Source: Marispirochaeta sp. (GTDB taxonomy: Bacteria; Spirochaetota; Spirochaetia; JC444; Marispirochaetaceae). Taken from it: a DNA stretch of 64,000 bases. Positions 50,145-60,035 of this stretch are shown here, piece after piece. Below the pieces are notes generated by a model. The model was not told the origin of the DNA. It saw only the letters and a list, made by a program, of their open reading frames with translations, and did not search any database. Location: NCBI GenBank assembly GCA_963676835.2, contig CAXXFF010000004.1:160001-224000 (forward strand), in the 5' to 3' direction. The translations under genes were made by a program, and so were the position numbers. Within the stretch, counting starts at the first letter, position 1; each line of letters begins with the position of its first letter.

Positions 50145-50348
50145 ATGGTATTGGGAATACCGGATTGGAGCGTTTCGCTGGTCTATATCCTCATGATAGC
50201 CTCGTCTCTGCTCTGCATCGTCTACGGTTTCAGAATGTGGAACAAGGAAGGCGATATCAGTGAAAAAGAGCTGGAAGAGGAAAAACGCTGGGCCGAGGAA
50301 GAAAAAGACCTGGAGAAGGACCTGGCCGATAACGGAGGCACCACATGA
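50145..50348 (+). CDS. Symporter small accessory protein (copy 1)
   Basis: MVLGIPD, one TM segment LCIVYG..WN, acidic tail; ATGA overlap with symporter. Confidence 0.85.
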   Translation: MVLGIPDWSVSLVYILMIASSLLCIVYGFRMWNKEGDISEKELEEEKRWAEEEKDLEKDLADNGGTT

Positions 50349-51934
50349 GTATGTTCTGGCTTGTAACAATAGTAGTTATCTACCTTGGCCTGGTGGCTTA
50401 TCTTGGATACCGCGGATTCTCCGGAACTAAGAACTCTCTCGATTACATGGTGGGCGGACGCAATATCCATCCCTATGTTATGGCCCTTTCCTATGGTGCG
50501 ACCTTCATTTCCACCTCCGCCATAGTCGGCTTCGGAGGGGTTGCCGCTCTTTTCGGAATGAGCCTCTACTGGCTCACCTTCTGCAATATCTTTGTGGGGA
50601 TTTTCATCGCCTTTGTGTTCTTCGGAAAGAGAACCCGCAGAATGGGACTCAATCTGGATGCCCACACCTTTCCTGAATTCCTGGGACGCAGACTGAACTC
50701 GCAGTTTATTCAGCGGATGATGGGGCTGGTAATTTTTATCTTTATGCCTCTTTATGCTGCAGCCGTTCTTATCGGCGCAAGCCGCATTATGGAAGGACTC
50801 CTGGGAATTCCTTTCCTCTATTCCGTGACCATCTTCTCTGTTCTGGTTGCGGTATATGTGGTAATGGGCGGCCTCAAAGGCGTTATGTACACCGATGCAC
50901 TCCAGGGCACCCTGATGTTCATCGGAATGATTTTTCTTCTCTTTTTTATCTACATTAAACTCGGCGGCATTACCAAAGCCCATTCCGCCCTTACCGCCAT
51001 GGCCAATATGGTGCCGGACAACCTTAAAGCCATAGGGCATCAGGGGTGGACCGCATCACCGAAAGCAGGATCGCCCCTGTGGTGGACCATCTACAGCTCC
51101 ATCGTCCTCGGTGTTGGTATCGGCGTACTTGCTCAGCCCCAGCTGGTTGTTCGCTATATGACCGTAAAAAGCAACCAGGAACTGAACCGGGCGGTACTTA
51201 TCGGCGGACTGTTTATTCTGGTCATGACCGGAACGGCCTTTACCGTAGGCGCCCTTTCCAATGTCTACTTTGCTGAGGCAACCGGCAAGCTCGCCATTCA
51301 GGTTGCCGAGGGAAATACCGACAAGGTGATACCCGCCTTTATTGCCTCAGCCATGCCCTCATGGTTCGGTTATCTGTTTATGCTGGTTATTCTCTCCGCT
51401 GGAATGTCCACCCTGAGCAGCCAGTACCATGCCATCGGAACCTCCATAGGACGTGACTTCTATGCCGGCGGTCATGCCAAGGCAGGTAAACGCGGAACAG
51501 AAGTCCTAGTAACCCGAATCGGGGTTCTGGCCAGTATTCTACTGACAGTCTGGCTGGCACTGAACATGGGCGCAGGAATTATCGCCAGGGCAACGGCCAT
51601 CTTCTTCGGGCTGATGGCAGGCTGCTTTCTGGCACCCTATGTTGCAGCCCTTTTCTGGAAAAAACTTACCCGGGCCGGGGCTATTTCCGGAATTATCTCC
51701 GGACTGGCAGTAATGGTATTCTGCTTTCTGTTTACCCATGCAAGTGAAGCCAAGGTATTCGGGCTTGCCCAGGCAATCTTCGGCCGTCCTACAATGCTGG
51801 AAGGAATCTGGACAGTGGTTGATCCCATGGTTATCGGACTTCCGGTTTCAACCCTTTTTACCATTGTAGTAAGCCTTTTTACAAAGAATGAAGATACAGA
51901 ACTGATTGAAAAAGCCTTCGACGGTATAGGGTAA
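50345..51934 (+). CDS. Sodium:solute symporter (copy 1)
   Basis: DYMVGGR, GGLKGVMYTDALQG, QPQLVVRY, SAGMSTLSS. Confidence 0.93.
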   Translation: MSMFWLVTIVVIYLGLVAYLGYRGFSGTKNSLDYMVGGRNIHPYVMALSYGATFISTSAIVGFGGVAALFGMSLYWLTFCNIFVGIFIAFVFFGKRTRRMGLNLDAHTFPEFLGRRLNSQFIQRMMGLVIFIFMPLYAAAVLIGASRIMEGLLGIPFLYSVTIFSVLVAVYVVMGGLKGVMYTDALQGTLMFIGMIFLLFFIYIKLGGITKAHSALTAMANMVPDNLKAIGHQGWTASPKAGSPLWWTIYSSIVLGVGIGVLAQPQLVVRYMTVKSNQELNRAVLIGGLFILVMTGTAFTVGALSNVYFAEATGKLAIQVAEGNTDKVIPAFIASAMPSWFGYLFMLVILSAGMSTLSSQYHAIGTSIGRDFYAGGHAKAGKRGTEVLVTRIGVLASILLTVWLALNMGAGIIARATAIFFGLMAGCFLAPYVAALFWKKLTRAGAISGIISGLAVMVFCFLFTHASEAKVFGLAQAIFGRPTMLEGIWTVVDPMVIGLPVSTLFTIVVSLFTKNEDTELIEKAFDGIG

Positions 51935-51966
51935 TTTCCGTTTCAGATTACTTATATCACAGCTAT

Positions 51967-51998
51967 CCCCGCTGCAATCCCGCAGCGGGGCACTTTTC
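51967..51998 (+). terminator. Intrinsic terminator after symporter 1
   Basis: CCCCGCTGC-aatccc-GCAGCGGGG followed by CACTTTT. Confidence 0.7.
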
Positions 51999-52027
51999 TT
52001 GACCCCTGAATATACTCAGCGTACAAT
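51999..52027 (+). promoter_or_regulatory. sigma70 promoter of the second symporter operon
   Basis: TTGACC-17-TACAAT. Confidence 0.7.
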
Positions 52028-52049
52028 AACTCTTCAAAAAGGAGATTAT

Positions 52050-52253
52050 ATGATACTGGGTATAGCTGATTTCAGCGTGGCACTGGTCTACCTGCTCATG
52101 ATTTTCGCCTCTCTGCTGTGCATAATCTACGGTTTCCGCATGTGGAACCGGGAAGGTGATGTTACCGAAAAGGAAATGCAGGAAGAAATTCAATGGGCCA
52201 GAGAAGAGATGGACCTCGAACGTGATCTTGCAGATGACGGAGGCAGACAATGA
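52050..52253 (+). CDS. Symporter small accessory protein (copy 2)
   Basis: Paralog of 50145..50348; SD AAGGAG. Confidence 0.85.
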   Translation: MILGIADFSVALVYLLMIFASLLCIIYGFRMWNREGDVTEKEMQEEIQWAREEMDLERDLADDGGRQ

Positions 52254-53839
52254 ACCTGTTCTGGCTTGTCACTGTAATTGTAATCTACCTGGGAGTTGTT
52301 GCATATCTTGGATACCGGGGCTTTGCGGGAACCAAAAACTCTCTGGACTACATGGTCGGGGGACGGAATATTCACCCCTATGTTATGGCCATGTCCTACG
52401 GCGCCACCTTCATTTCCACCTCGGCAATTGTCGGATTCGGCGGGATTGCTTCACTCTTCGGCATGAGCCTTCACTGGCTTACCTTCTGCAACATCTTTTT
52501 CGGCATATTCATTGCCTTTGTTTTCTTCGGGAAAAGAACACGGAGAATGGGGCTCAACCTGGATGCCCATACCTTTCCGGAGTTTCTTGGCCGCAGACTC
52601 GGCTCAACCTTCATACAGCGTCTCATGGGACTGGTTATTTTTATCTTTATGCCCCTCTATGCTGCGGCTGTGCTTATAGGCGCCAGTCGAATCATTGAAG
52701 GACTCTTAGGTGTCCCCTATCTTTATTCAGTTACCATGTTCTCTATCCTCGTCGCAGTTTATGTAATTATGGGAGGCCTTAAAGGCGTTATGTACACCGA
52801 TGCACTTCAGGGAAGTCTGATGTTTTTCGGCATGCTGGTGCTGCTGGTTTCCATTTACGCCCGGCTGGGGGGGATTGTGGACGCGCATACCGCCCTCACA
52901 AATATTGCAGATATGGTTCCGGACAACCTGAAGAGTATTGGTCACAGAGGATGGACTGCATCTCCGGCTTTAGGGTCTCCCCTATGGTGGACCATTTATT
53001 CCTCCCTGGTACTGGGTGTCGGAATCGGCGTTATTGCCCAGCCCCAGCTGATAGTCCGCTATATGACGGTGAAAAGCAACAAAGAGCTGAACCGTGCAGT
53101 GCTAATAGGGGGATTATTTATTCTGGTTACCGTCGGTACCGCCTATACCGTAGGATCCCTGACCAATGTCTATTTTATGAACACAAGCGGTAAACTGGCA
53201 ATTCAGGTGGCAGAAGGAAATACAGATAAGGTAATTCCAGCTTTCATAGCCTCGGCTATGCCTTCCTGGTTCAGTTATCTGTTCATGTTGGTAATACTCT
53301 CTGCAGGAATGTCTACATTGAGCAGCCAGTATCATGCAATCGGAACCTCAATCGGCCGGGATTTCTATGCCGGAGGCAGGGCCAAAGAGGGGAAACGGGG
53401 AACAGAAGTACTGATCACCAGAATCGGCGTACTGTTCAGTATACTTTTAACCGTATGGCTTGCCCTCAACATGGGTGCAGGAATTATCGCCCGGGCAACG
53501 GCGATCTTTTTCGGACTTATGGCTGGTTGCTTTCTTGCGCCCTATACTGCGGCCCTGTTCTGGAAACGTCTGACCCGCCCTGGTGCCATAGCCGGGATAC
53601 TCTCCGGCCTGGTTGTACTCATTTTCAGTTTTCTTTTTTTACATGCTCAGGAAGCAGCTGTTTTCGGTATTGGACAGAAATTGTTCGGTCGCACAACCCT
53701 GATGGGGGGATCCTGGCCGTCTGTTGACCCTCTGGTGTTCTCCCTGCCGATATCAACCTTTTTTACCGTGGTTGTCAGCCTGCTGACCCGGAAGGAAGAC
53801 TCGGAACTGATTGAGAAAGCCTTCGACGGTATCGGCTGA
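52250..53839 (+). CDS. Sodium:solute symporter (copy 2)
   Basis: Same length (529 aa) and colinear with copy 1. Confidence 0.93.
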   Translation: MNLFWLVTVIVIYLGVVAYLGYRGFAGTKNSLDYMVGGRNIHPYVMAMSYGATFISTSAIVGFGGIASLFGMSLHWLTFCNIFFGIFIAFVFFGKRTRRMGLNLDAHTFPEFLGRRLGSTFIQRLMGLVIFIFMPLYAAAVLIGASRIIEGLLGVPYLYSVTMFSILVAVYVIMGGLKGVMYTDALQGSLMFFGMLVLLVSIYARLGGIVDAHTALTNIADMVPDNLKSIGHRGWTASPALGSPLWWTIYSSLVLGVGIGVIAQPQLIVRYMTVKSNKELNRAVLIGGLFILVTVGTAYTVGSLTNVYFMNTSGKLAIQVAEGNTDKVIPAFIASAMPSWFSYLFMLVILSAGMSTLSSQYHAIGTSIGRDFYAGGRAKEGKRGTEVLITRIGVLFSILLTVWLALNMGAGIIARATAIFFGLMAGCFLAPYTAALFWKRLTRPGAIAGILSGLVVLIFSFLFLHAQEAAVFGIGQKLFGRTTLMGGSWPSVDPLVFSLPISTFFTVVVSLLTRKEDSELIEKAFDGIG

Positions 53840-53893
53840 GAGGCTGTTAGCTAACTGATATACAGATAACTAAACAGAAACAAACAATTGAAT

Positions 53894-53932
53894 AAAAAAC
53901 CTCCCAGGGCGAAACGCCCCGGGAGGTTTTTT
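53894..53932. terminator. Bidirectional terminator
   Basis: AAAAAACCTCCCAGGGCGAAACGCCCCGGGAGGTTTTTT. Confidence 0.85.
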
Positions 53933-53966
53933 CATGCTGTTTCTTACGTAGAGAAAGATAGAAGAA

Positions 53967-55274
53967 CTAAAGAAGTTCCGGAACAAAAACCTTGGGAAGG
54001 AACATGGTGAGGCTGGGGAAAATAATGATCGATGAGAGAACCACCAGCATGACCAGCAGAAAAATGCCCACTTCCTTCAGGGCATCCGTACTGTTAATTC
54101 CCCCGATCTCGCTGGAAATAAGCAGACAGAGACCATAAGGAGGGGTAATCAAACCGAAACTTAATGCCACAATACCGGAAATAGCATAATGAAGGGGATG
54201 AATCCCGGCATAATCCGCCAGAGGCATAAGCAGGGGGGTCATGATAACGATTGCAGGAATTGCATCCATAAATGTGCCCACCAGAAGAAAGAGAAAGACA
54301 ATAATAAAAAGCATCAGTGTCGGGGATGTGGAGAAAAACCCGATGGCATCAACCAGAAAAGTGGGTATCCGGTAATAAGCAAGCACCCAGCCATATATAG
54401 ATGCAGTACCTACTGCAAAAAGTGACAGTCCTCCAAGTTTTGCAGTTTCCAGCAGAAGACCGGAGACATTACGGGGTTTGATCGACCTGTAGACCACAAG
54501 GGCAAGAAACAGTGCATAGGCTACTGCCAGCAATGAAGCTTCCGTCGGGGTAACAAATCCTCCGATAATACCGCCTATTATGATTACCGGCGTTATCCCC
54601 GGAAGAATTGCCGATTTAAAGCTGAGGCCCAGTTCCTTCCAGTCCATGGCTGATTCTTTCGGGAAGTTTCTTTTCATGGAGAATACATGCACCAGAATCA
54701 TCTGGGAAACCGCAACCATGACTCCGGGAACAAAGCCCGCAAGAAACAGGGCGGCAACCGAGGTGTTGGCAACCCCGCCCCAGACAACCATGATAATACT
54801 GGGTGGGATAATAACCCCCATAACACTGGAACAGGCAGTTACTGCCACAGTGAAGAATCGGTCATATTTCTCTTTAATCATGGCAGGAATGAGCACCGAT
54901 CCGATTCCGGCGGCATCCGCCGTTGATGATCCTGAAATTCCTGCAAAGAACATACTGACTACAACATTTACATGGGCAAGACCTCCAGGAAGATGCCCCA
55001 CAAGAGCCTTGGAGAAGCGGATCAGCTTATTGGTAATGCCCGAAGCGTTCATTATATTGGCTGCCATTATAAAAAAGGGAACCGACAGCAGAATAAAAGA
55101 ATCATAGGATTTAAGCATTCTCTGCAGGAGCATTACCGGTGTAAGCCGGGGTTCGAGGAGCAGTACCGGTACAACCGCCAGAGCCAGAGCATATGCCACG
55201 GGCACACGGAGTATAATCAGCATAAACAGACCAAGAAAAAGGATAAGACCTACAATTGCGGGATCAAGTATCAT
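53967..55274 (-). CDS. dctM: TRAP transporter large permease
   Basis: PFFIMA, SGSSTAD, IIPPS, TPTEA, TPPYG. Confidence 0.95.
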   Translation of the reverse strand: MILDPAIVGLILFLGLFMLIILRVPVAYALALAVVPVLLLEPRLTPVMLLQRMLKSYDSFILLSVPFFIMAANIMNASGITNKLIRFSKALVGHLPGGLAHVNVVVSMFFAGISGSSTADAAGIGSVLIPAMIKEKYDRFFTVAVTACSSVMGVIIPPSIIMVVWGGVANTSVAALFLAGFVPGVMVAVSQMILVHVFSMKRNFPKESAMDWKELGLSFKSAILPGITPVIIIGGIIGGFVTPTEASLLAVAYALFLALVVYRSIKPRNVSGLLLETAKLGGLSLFAVGTASIYGWVLAYYRIPTFLVDAIGFFSTSPTLMLFIIVFLFLLVGTFMDAIPAIVIMTPLLMPLADYAGIHPLHYAISGIVALSFGLITPPYGLCLLISSEIGGINSTDALKEVGIFLLVMLVVLSSIIIFPSLTMFLPKVFVPELL

Positions 55275-55783
55275 GAGAATTCTCCTTCATCCGGTTCTTT
55301 CTGTTCAGGAATTCCTTTTCCGGTAAACAGCCGTATTACCTGTTCAATAAGAAAAAGTGTCCATGTAAGCCCCGCAAAGGGAACTGCGGCATGAATCCAG
55401 CCGAGATTTATACCGGTCAACTCGGAAGTTTGAATGGTACCCATCTTCCAATACCGGATTCCGTATCTGAGAAAAATATAGGAGACGCAGAAAAGAAAGA
55501 AATAATAGAGTACATCCAGGAAAAAATTAAAACGGGGGGAGAGATTCCTGGGCAGGAAATCGACAAAAAAATGCCGTCTTTCCCGCAGACCAATCATTGA
55601 TCCCAGGAAAATAACCCATATAAGCGACATCCGTGCAACCTCTTCCGCCCAGAGATAACGGGGAATAAAGTTGACATAGCGGCCGAGAATCTGCAGTGCC
55701 ACAGAAAATATCAGCAGATACATCAACACTATAATGGCAATGTTTATTACCCGTGAGTATACATCCAGTATCTTCGTAAACAT
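55271..55783 (-). CDS. dctQ: TRAP transporter small permease
   Basis: 4 TM segments, WAEEVAR, HFFVD. Confidence 0.93.
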   Translation of the reverse strand: MFTKILDVYSRVINIAIIVLMYLLIFSVALQILGRYVNFIPRYLWAEEVARMSLIWVIFLGSMIGLRERRHFFVDFLPRNLSPRFNFFLDVLYYFFLFCVSYIFLRYGIRYWKMGTIQTSELTGINLGWIHAAVPFAGLTWTLFLIEQVIRLFTGKGIPEQKEPDEGEFS

Positions 55784-55877
55784 TTAACACCCATTCCTTC
55801 TGATGAAATAACAATGAAAGGAATCAAGGCAGATCTTCGAAGAAAATCTGCCTCGATGGTAGAACATCAACTAGTTT

Positions 55878-56891
55878 TTATCTAAGACTATCTACATTTT
55901 TCAGAATAGACTCGGCACCGATCTCTTTGGCGAAAGCTTCAAGAGAAGGACGGGCAGCGGCCTGCATTTTCGCCAGATCCGCAGCAGAAAGCTGAATCAC
56001 CTTGATTTTCCCTTCTGCTTCCATCTGTTTCAGCGCTTCCGCATCTTCCTTGGTTTCAGTGGCCCGGTGCCATGCAGCAGCCTCTTCTCCCGCTTTCAGG
56101 ATCGCATCCTGCAGCTCTTTGGGGAAAGACTGAAAACGTTTTTCACTGAAAAACAGGGGGCGTACGGTAATTGCATGACGTGTGAGTACGATGTTTGGTG
56201 CAACTTCGTAGAATTTCATGGAACGGAGGGCTGCTGATTCGTTTTCGAGGCCGTCAACAACGCCGGTTTTGATTCCGTTGTAAACTTCGAGGTAATCCAG
56301 GGGAGTAGCCTTGAAACCTACTGCGTTAAACACATTGGCCTGAATAGGAGATCCCATTACCCGGAGGAGGATATTGGGGAAATCCGCTGTGCTTTTAACA
56401 GGCTGATTAAGAATCAGGTTTCTGGTTCCACCACCGCCGAAGCCGACAATACGGAGACCTTTTCCAATAAGATCTTCTTTGATGGGGTCAAAGGCTCCCT
56501 GACTGAGGGCGCGATCCCAGTGGTCAAGATCTTTAAAAAGAAAGGGAGGATCCATAAAAGAGACGCGCTTGTCCCAGGTTGCGGCCCATGAAGGCGCAGC
56601 AACAGCAAAGTCAACAGATATTCCCTCGATCATGTACTCAACAAAGTCTTTTTCCTGACCGAGATCACCGGAATGGTGAACTTCGATTTCGATAGGACCG
56701 TCATAGTACTCTTTCACTTTCTCAGCGAAGACCTCCATCATCCGGTAGAAGACATAGTCCGCGGGAAGGTGGGTTGCACCTACAAGATGGATAGGCCTCT
56801 CGGATGAACCTCCGCCCTCGCCTTGCCCGCCGGCAAAGACTGTTCCCATGCAGATAGATACAACAAGTAAACCAATCAGCAATTTCTTCAT
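55878..56891 (-). CDS. dctP: TRAP substrate-binding protein
   Basis: Signal peptide; LRVM Arg and EVYNGIKTGVVDGLEN. Confidence 0.93.
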   Translation of the reverse strand: MKKLLIGLLVVSICMGTVFAGGQGEGGGSSERPIHLVGATHLPADYVFYRMMEVFAEKVKEYYDGPIEIEVHHSGDLGQEKDFVEYMIEGISVDFAVAAPSWAATWDKRVSFMDPPFLFKDLDHWDRALSQGAFDPIKEDLIGKGLRIVGFGGGGTRNLILNQPVKSTADFPNILLRVMGSPIQANVFNAVGFKATPLDYLEVYNGIKTGVVDGLENESAALRSMKFYEVAPNIVLTRHAITVRPLFFSEKRFQSFPKELQDAILKAGEEAAAWHRATETKEDAEALKQMEAEGKIKVIQLSAADLAKMQAAARPSLEAFAKEIGAESILKNVDSLR

Positions 56892-57020
56892 ACTACCTCC
56901 TTAAGGTATTGGAACGTTTTAATACATTTTACCAGTGAAAATTTCAGCGAACAAGAAATTTCAGTAGACGAAGAAAAGGGGAGACAAAATAAAAGATAAC
57001 TTTAGACAAAAGCAAAAAAA

Positions 57021-58007
57021 TCAGGAATAACGAATTACCGGGGGGGAGGCACAAAGAGGAACCGTCCTGCCATTTGCCGTGATAATATCAACCGGCCGAC
57101 TTTCCCCCTGAGTCATATCCGTGTTCACAAATGAAGGACTGATGGCAATACCTTTTCTGCCGGAAGCCCCCTCCCACTGACGCCACTTTCCGGGGGGGAT
57201 CTGCTCAAAATCAGAAAAGACCCGGGTAAAATGATAGATCGTTTTGAACCCGGTGAGATGTGCCACCTCTTTAATCGGTTTTGCAGTGTAGCGCAGCAGT
57301 GACTTAGCCTCATATATTCGGTAACGCATAAGATAGCGGTGAACAGACAACCCTACTACAGTCCGGAATTTTTTGGCCAGATAGGTTTTCGCATAGCCAA
57401 CAAAAGAGGCGATATCATCAAGGGTCAGATTACTGTCCGCATAGTTTTCACGGATAAACTTAAGAACCGGCCGGATACTCTGGTCACGGCACCAGGTTGT
57501 TGTAAGCTCCACGCCGGATTGAACAGCAGTTCCGATATTCATTCGGCCCATCCAGACAATCATCTGCAATGCAAGGGCATTACAGGTTTCCCGGTACCAT
57601 GGTTCGGCCATTACAGCTTCATGATGAATTTCTTCAAGAAGATTTTTCAGAAAGCCGCTTGAATCGGTAAAGGGGCGGTTCTTTCTCAGGAGTGAAGCGT
57701 GAAGATCCTCGGGAAAAACAGAAAACTTGATATCAAATGTTCGCAATGGGCAGCCGGAAAGTGCTTTCAGTGCATGGGGGGCGTATGGCGGCATAAGAAT
57801 GAATGAATTTCTACCGATTTCAATATTGCCGTTGTCGGTCTGAAGTTGAAGAACCCCGTCTATTACAAAGAAGAGCTGAAAGAAATCGTGAGCGTGCCTG
57901 GGCACAGACCAGCCTGGATTGTAGTCATACATGGCCATCCAGTAGACTTCAACTGGCCGCAGACCCGCTGAACGTTCACCGTTTATACCTTTAACCATTT
58001 TGACCAT
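57021..58007 (-). CDS. AraC family regulator (cupin + HTH)
   Basis: HAHDFFQL cupin; YLMRYRIYEAKSLL...GF..IYHFTRVF; start placed at 58007 from TATAAT-6-ATG. Confidence 0.9.
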   Translation of the reverse strand: MVKMVKGINGERSAGLRPVEVYWMAMYDYNPGWSVPRHAHDFFQLFFVIDGVLQLQTDNGNIEIGRNSFILMPPYAPHALKALSGCPLRTFDIKFSVFPEDLHASLLRKNRPFTDSSGFLKNLLEEIHHEAVMAEPWYRETCNALALQMIVWMGRMNIGTAVQSGVELTTTWCRDQSIRPVLKFIRENYADSNLTLDDIASFVGYAKTYLAKKFRTVVGLSVHRYLMRYRIYEAKSLLRYTAKPIKEVAHLTGFKTIYHFTRVFSDFEQIPPGKWRQWEGASGRKGIAISPSFVNTDMTQGESRPVDIITANGRTVPLCASPPVIRYS

Positions 58008-58061
58008 GGAGAAATTATACCATGCTTTTCTCAAAACAGAAGTCTGGTGTAGAATGGGGAT

Positions 58062-58685
58062 ATGAAATCCACCTTTGAGAATCTGCCCAAGGACAAGCAA
58101 AAACGGATTATGGAAGCCGCGGTTGATGAGTTCGGTGTAAACGGCTATAAATCCGGCTCCACCGACAGGATTATCCGTAAGGCATCAATTTCAAAGGGCG
58201 GCCTCTATGAGTATATTTCCTCGAAATCAGAGCTCTATATTGCTTCGGTGGAGTATGCATACAACGGAGTCTACGGCTACCTGCATACAAAGGTGGATAA
58301 CACCGAAAAGGCTCTGCGGAGCAACCTTCTGGACCGGCTGCGTATAGCTAGTTCCTATGCCGCTGAAGTCTACCTGCAGCACCCCCGCTATATACAGCTC
58401 CTGGCCCGGGCCGGAAGTGAGGATGATACGGAACTGCAGCAGGAGATTGAGAATATCTTCAAGAACCGTTTTAACCATCTCTTCGATGATGTCGACGCGG
58501 ACAACTTTGCTTTTCCAAAACACCGGGTATTTGATCTTGTCCGCACTCTGCTGGTAAAAACCAGGAATGAATTCTTAAGCACCATGAAACGGCGGGAATC
58601 GGAAGAGGAAATTGTAGCGGAATACAAAGCCTGCTGGGATTTTTACCTTGAGGTTCTTCAGTCCGGCATCTTCAGAAAAAATTGA
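58062..58685 (+). CDS. TetR/AcrR family regulator
   Basis: TFENLP..KQ.RIMEAA.EF, ISKGGLYEYI.SK HTH. Confidence 0.92.
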   Translation: MKSTFENLPKDKQKRIMEAAVDEFGVNGYKSGSTDRIIRKASISKGGLYEYISSKSELYIASVEYAYNGVYGYLHTKVDNTEKALRSNLLDRLRIASSYAAEVYLQHPRYIQLLARAGSEDDTELQQEIENIFKNRFNHLFDDVDADNFAFPKHRVFDLVRTLLVKTRNEFLSTMKRRESEEEIVAEYKACWDFYLEVLQSGIFRKN

Positions 58686-58725
58686 TTTGCTTATCTCTCC
58701 AGTCTTTTTATCCGAAAATCCAAGT

Positions 58726-59172
58726 ATGAACAACTGCGACCTGCTGCCTCTGTTGAGGGACATTAAAGAACAGTACTATAACCATTTTGACCAGTCCTGG
58801 TTCCACATGCTGCTTGAGAACTGTCCTGTCAGCTCTCAGCTGGTACGGGATATAAAAATTTTCCTGGACTCCGGTCGGGATGATCTCAGCCGGAAATCGA
58901 ATGTAATCTATGGGATCTCCAACCTTGAAACATTTGTCAGAGCTGTGGAAACCCATCTTATGCCCCATATAAAAGAACTACTTGGAGTATCCGGACTTGC
59001 CCCGACCCGCAGTTATGGACACAGGGATGAGTTTGTTCACCGCAGACTGCTTGCGGAGGTACTCCCCTACAACCTGACAATGCTCAAGGTAATGGTAAAC
59101 GATCTTAAAGAAGCTACTGACACAACTACGCCGCCGGTACTGCCTGAACTGCCGGTTTACCGGACCGCATAG
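58726..59172 (+). CDS. Hypothetical protein
   Basis: ORF filling the gap; start uncertain. Confidence 0.65.
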   Translation: MNNCDLLPLLRDIKEQYYNHFDQSWFHMLLENCPVSSQLVRDIKIFLDSGRDDLSRKSNVIYGISNLETFVRAVETHLMPHIKELLGVSGLAPTRSYGHRDEFVHRRLLAEVLPYNLTMLKVMVNDLKEATDTTTPPVLPELPVYRTA

Positions 59173-59217
59173 AAAACCCTTGCCTCACCGCCTTCCCGCT
59201 GGTATCCTGATTTCTCC

Positions 59218-59991
59218 ATGGATATTTTTACCCTCACAAACAGACTTGCCGACGATGTAGACGCCCTGCAGTTCAGCGGCAAGGTTGCCTGTGTATATAA
59301 TCCCCTCCGGTATGCAGAGAAAGCCCATACCCGCTACCTGGAGCGCTTCTCCACCGGCCGGAAACGCATCCTTTTCCTCGGCATGAATCCCGGCCCCTGG
59401 GGAATGGCACAGATAGGTGTTCCCTTCGGCGAAATAAATGCCGCCCGCGATTGGCTCGGGATACACGAAGAGATCGGCAAACCGGAAAATGAACACCCGA
59501 AACGCCCGGTACAGGGATTCGACTGCCAGCGGAGCGAAGTAAGCGGCCGCCGTTTATGGGGCCTGTTCAGCAGCCGCTTTGCCACCCCGGAAGATTTCTT
59601 TCGGGATCACTACGTTGCAAACTACTGTCCCCTGGTTTTCATGGAGGATTCGGGGAAGAACTTTACCCCGGATAAGCTTCCGAAGGCGGAATCTGCGCCC
59701 CTTTATGAAGCCTGTGACCGCCACCTGACCGGCCTGATTGAACTTCTGGAGCCTGAGTTTCTGATCGGTGTTGGAAATTTTGCCCTGAAACGGCTGGAGA
59801 CTATCGTAAAAGGCAGCAGTGCAATACAAGACCGTGCACCGGTAACGGCATCCATACTGCATCCCAGTCCTGCCAGTCCTGCAGCCAACAGGGGGTGGGA
59901 CGGAGCAGTGCTTGAGAAGATGTACGCCATAGGGGCCTGGCAGAAACAGGAATCAGGCACTGATACGTCTGAAGTCGGCAGACTCGGCTGA
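59218..59991 (+). CDS. SMUG1-like (family 3) uracil-DNA glycosylase
   Basis: YNPL.YA, GMNPGPWGMAQ.GVPFG, SEVSGRR, NYCPL, HPSP. Confidence 0.92.
   Translation: MDIFTLTNRLADDVDALQFSGKVACVYNPLRYAEKAHTRYLERFSTGRKRILFLGMNPGPWGMAQIGVPFGEINAARDWLGIHEEIGKPENEHPKRPVQGFDCQRSEVSGRRLWGLFSSRFATPEDFFRDHYVANYCPLVFMEDSGKNFTPDKLPKAESAPLYEACDRHLTGLIELLEPEFLIGVGNFALKRLETIVKGSSAIQDRAPVTASILHPSPASPAANRGWDGAVLEKMYAIGAWQKQESGTDTSEVGRLG
59938..59961 (+). repeat. 24-bp direct repeat, left copy
   Basis: TGGCAGAAACAGGAATCAGGCACT, identical to 61322-61345. Confidence 0.9.
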
Positions 59992-60035
59992 ATATTCAGG
60001 GTGTTTCAGTTTATGGCGGTTGCATTTAACGGTTA

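Noticed and set aside
50345..53839. Symporter duplication as an assembly artefact
   Set aside because: The copies differ at many synonymous and some coding positions and have distinct promoters
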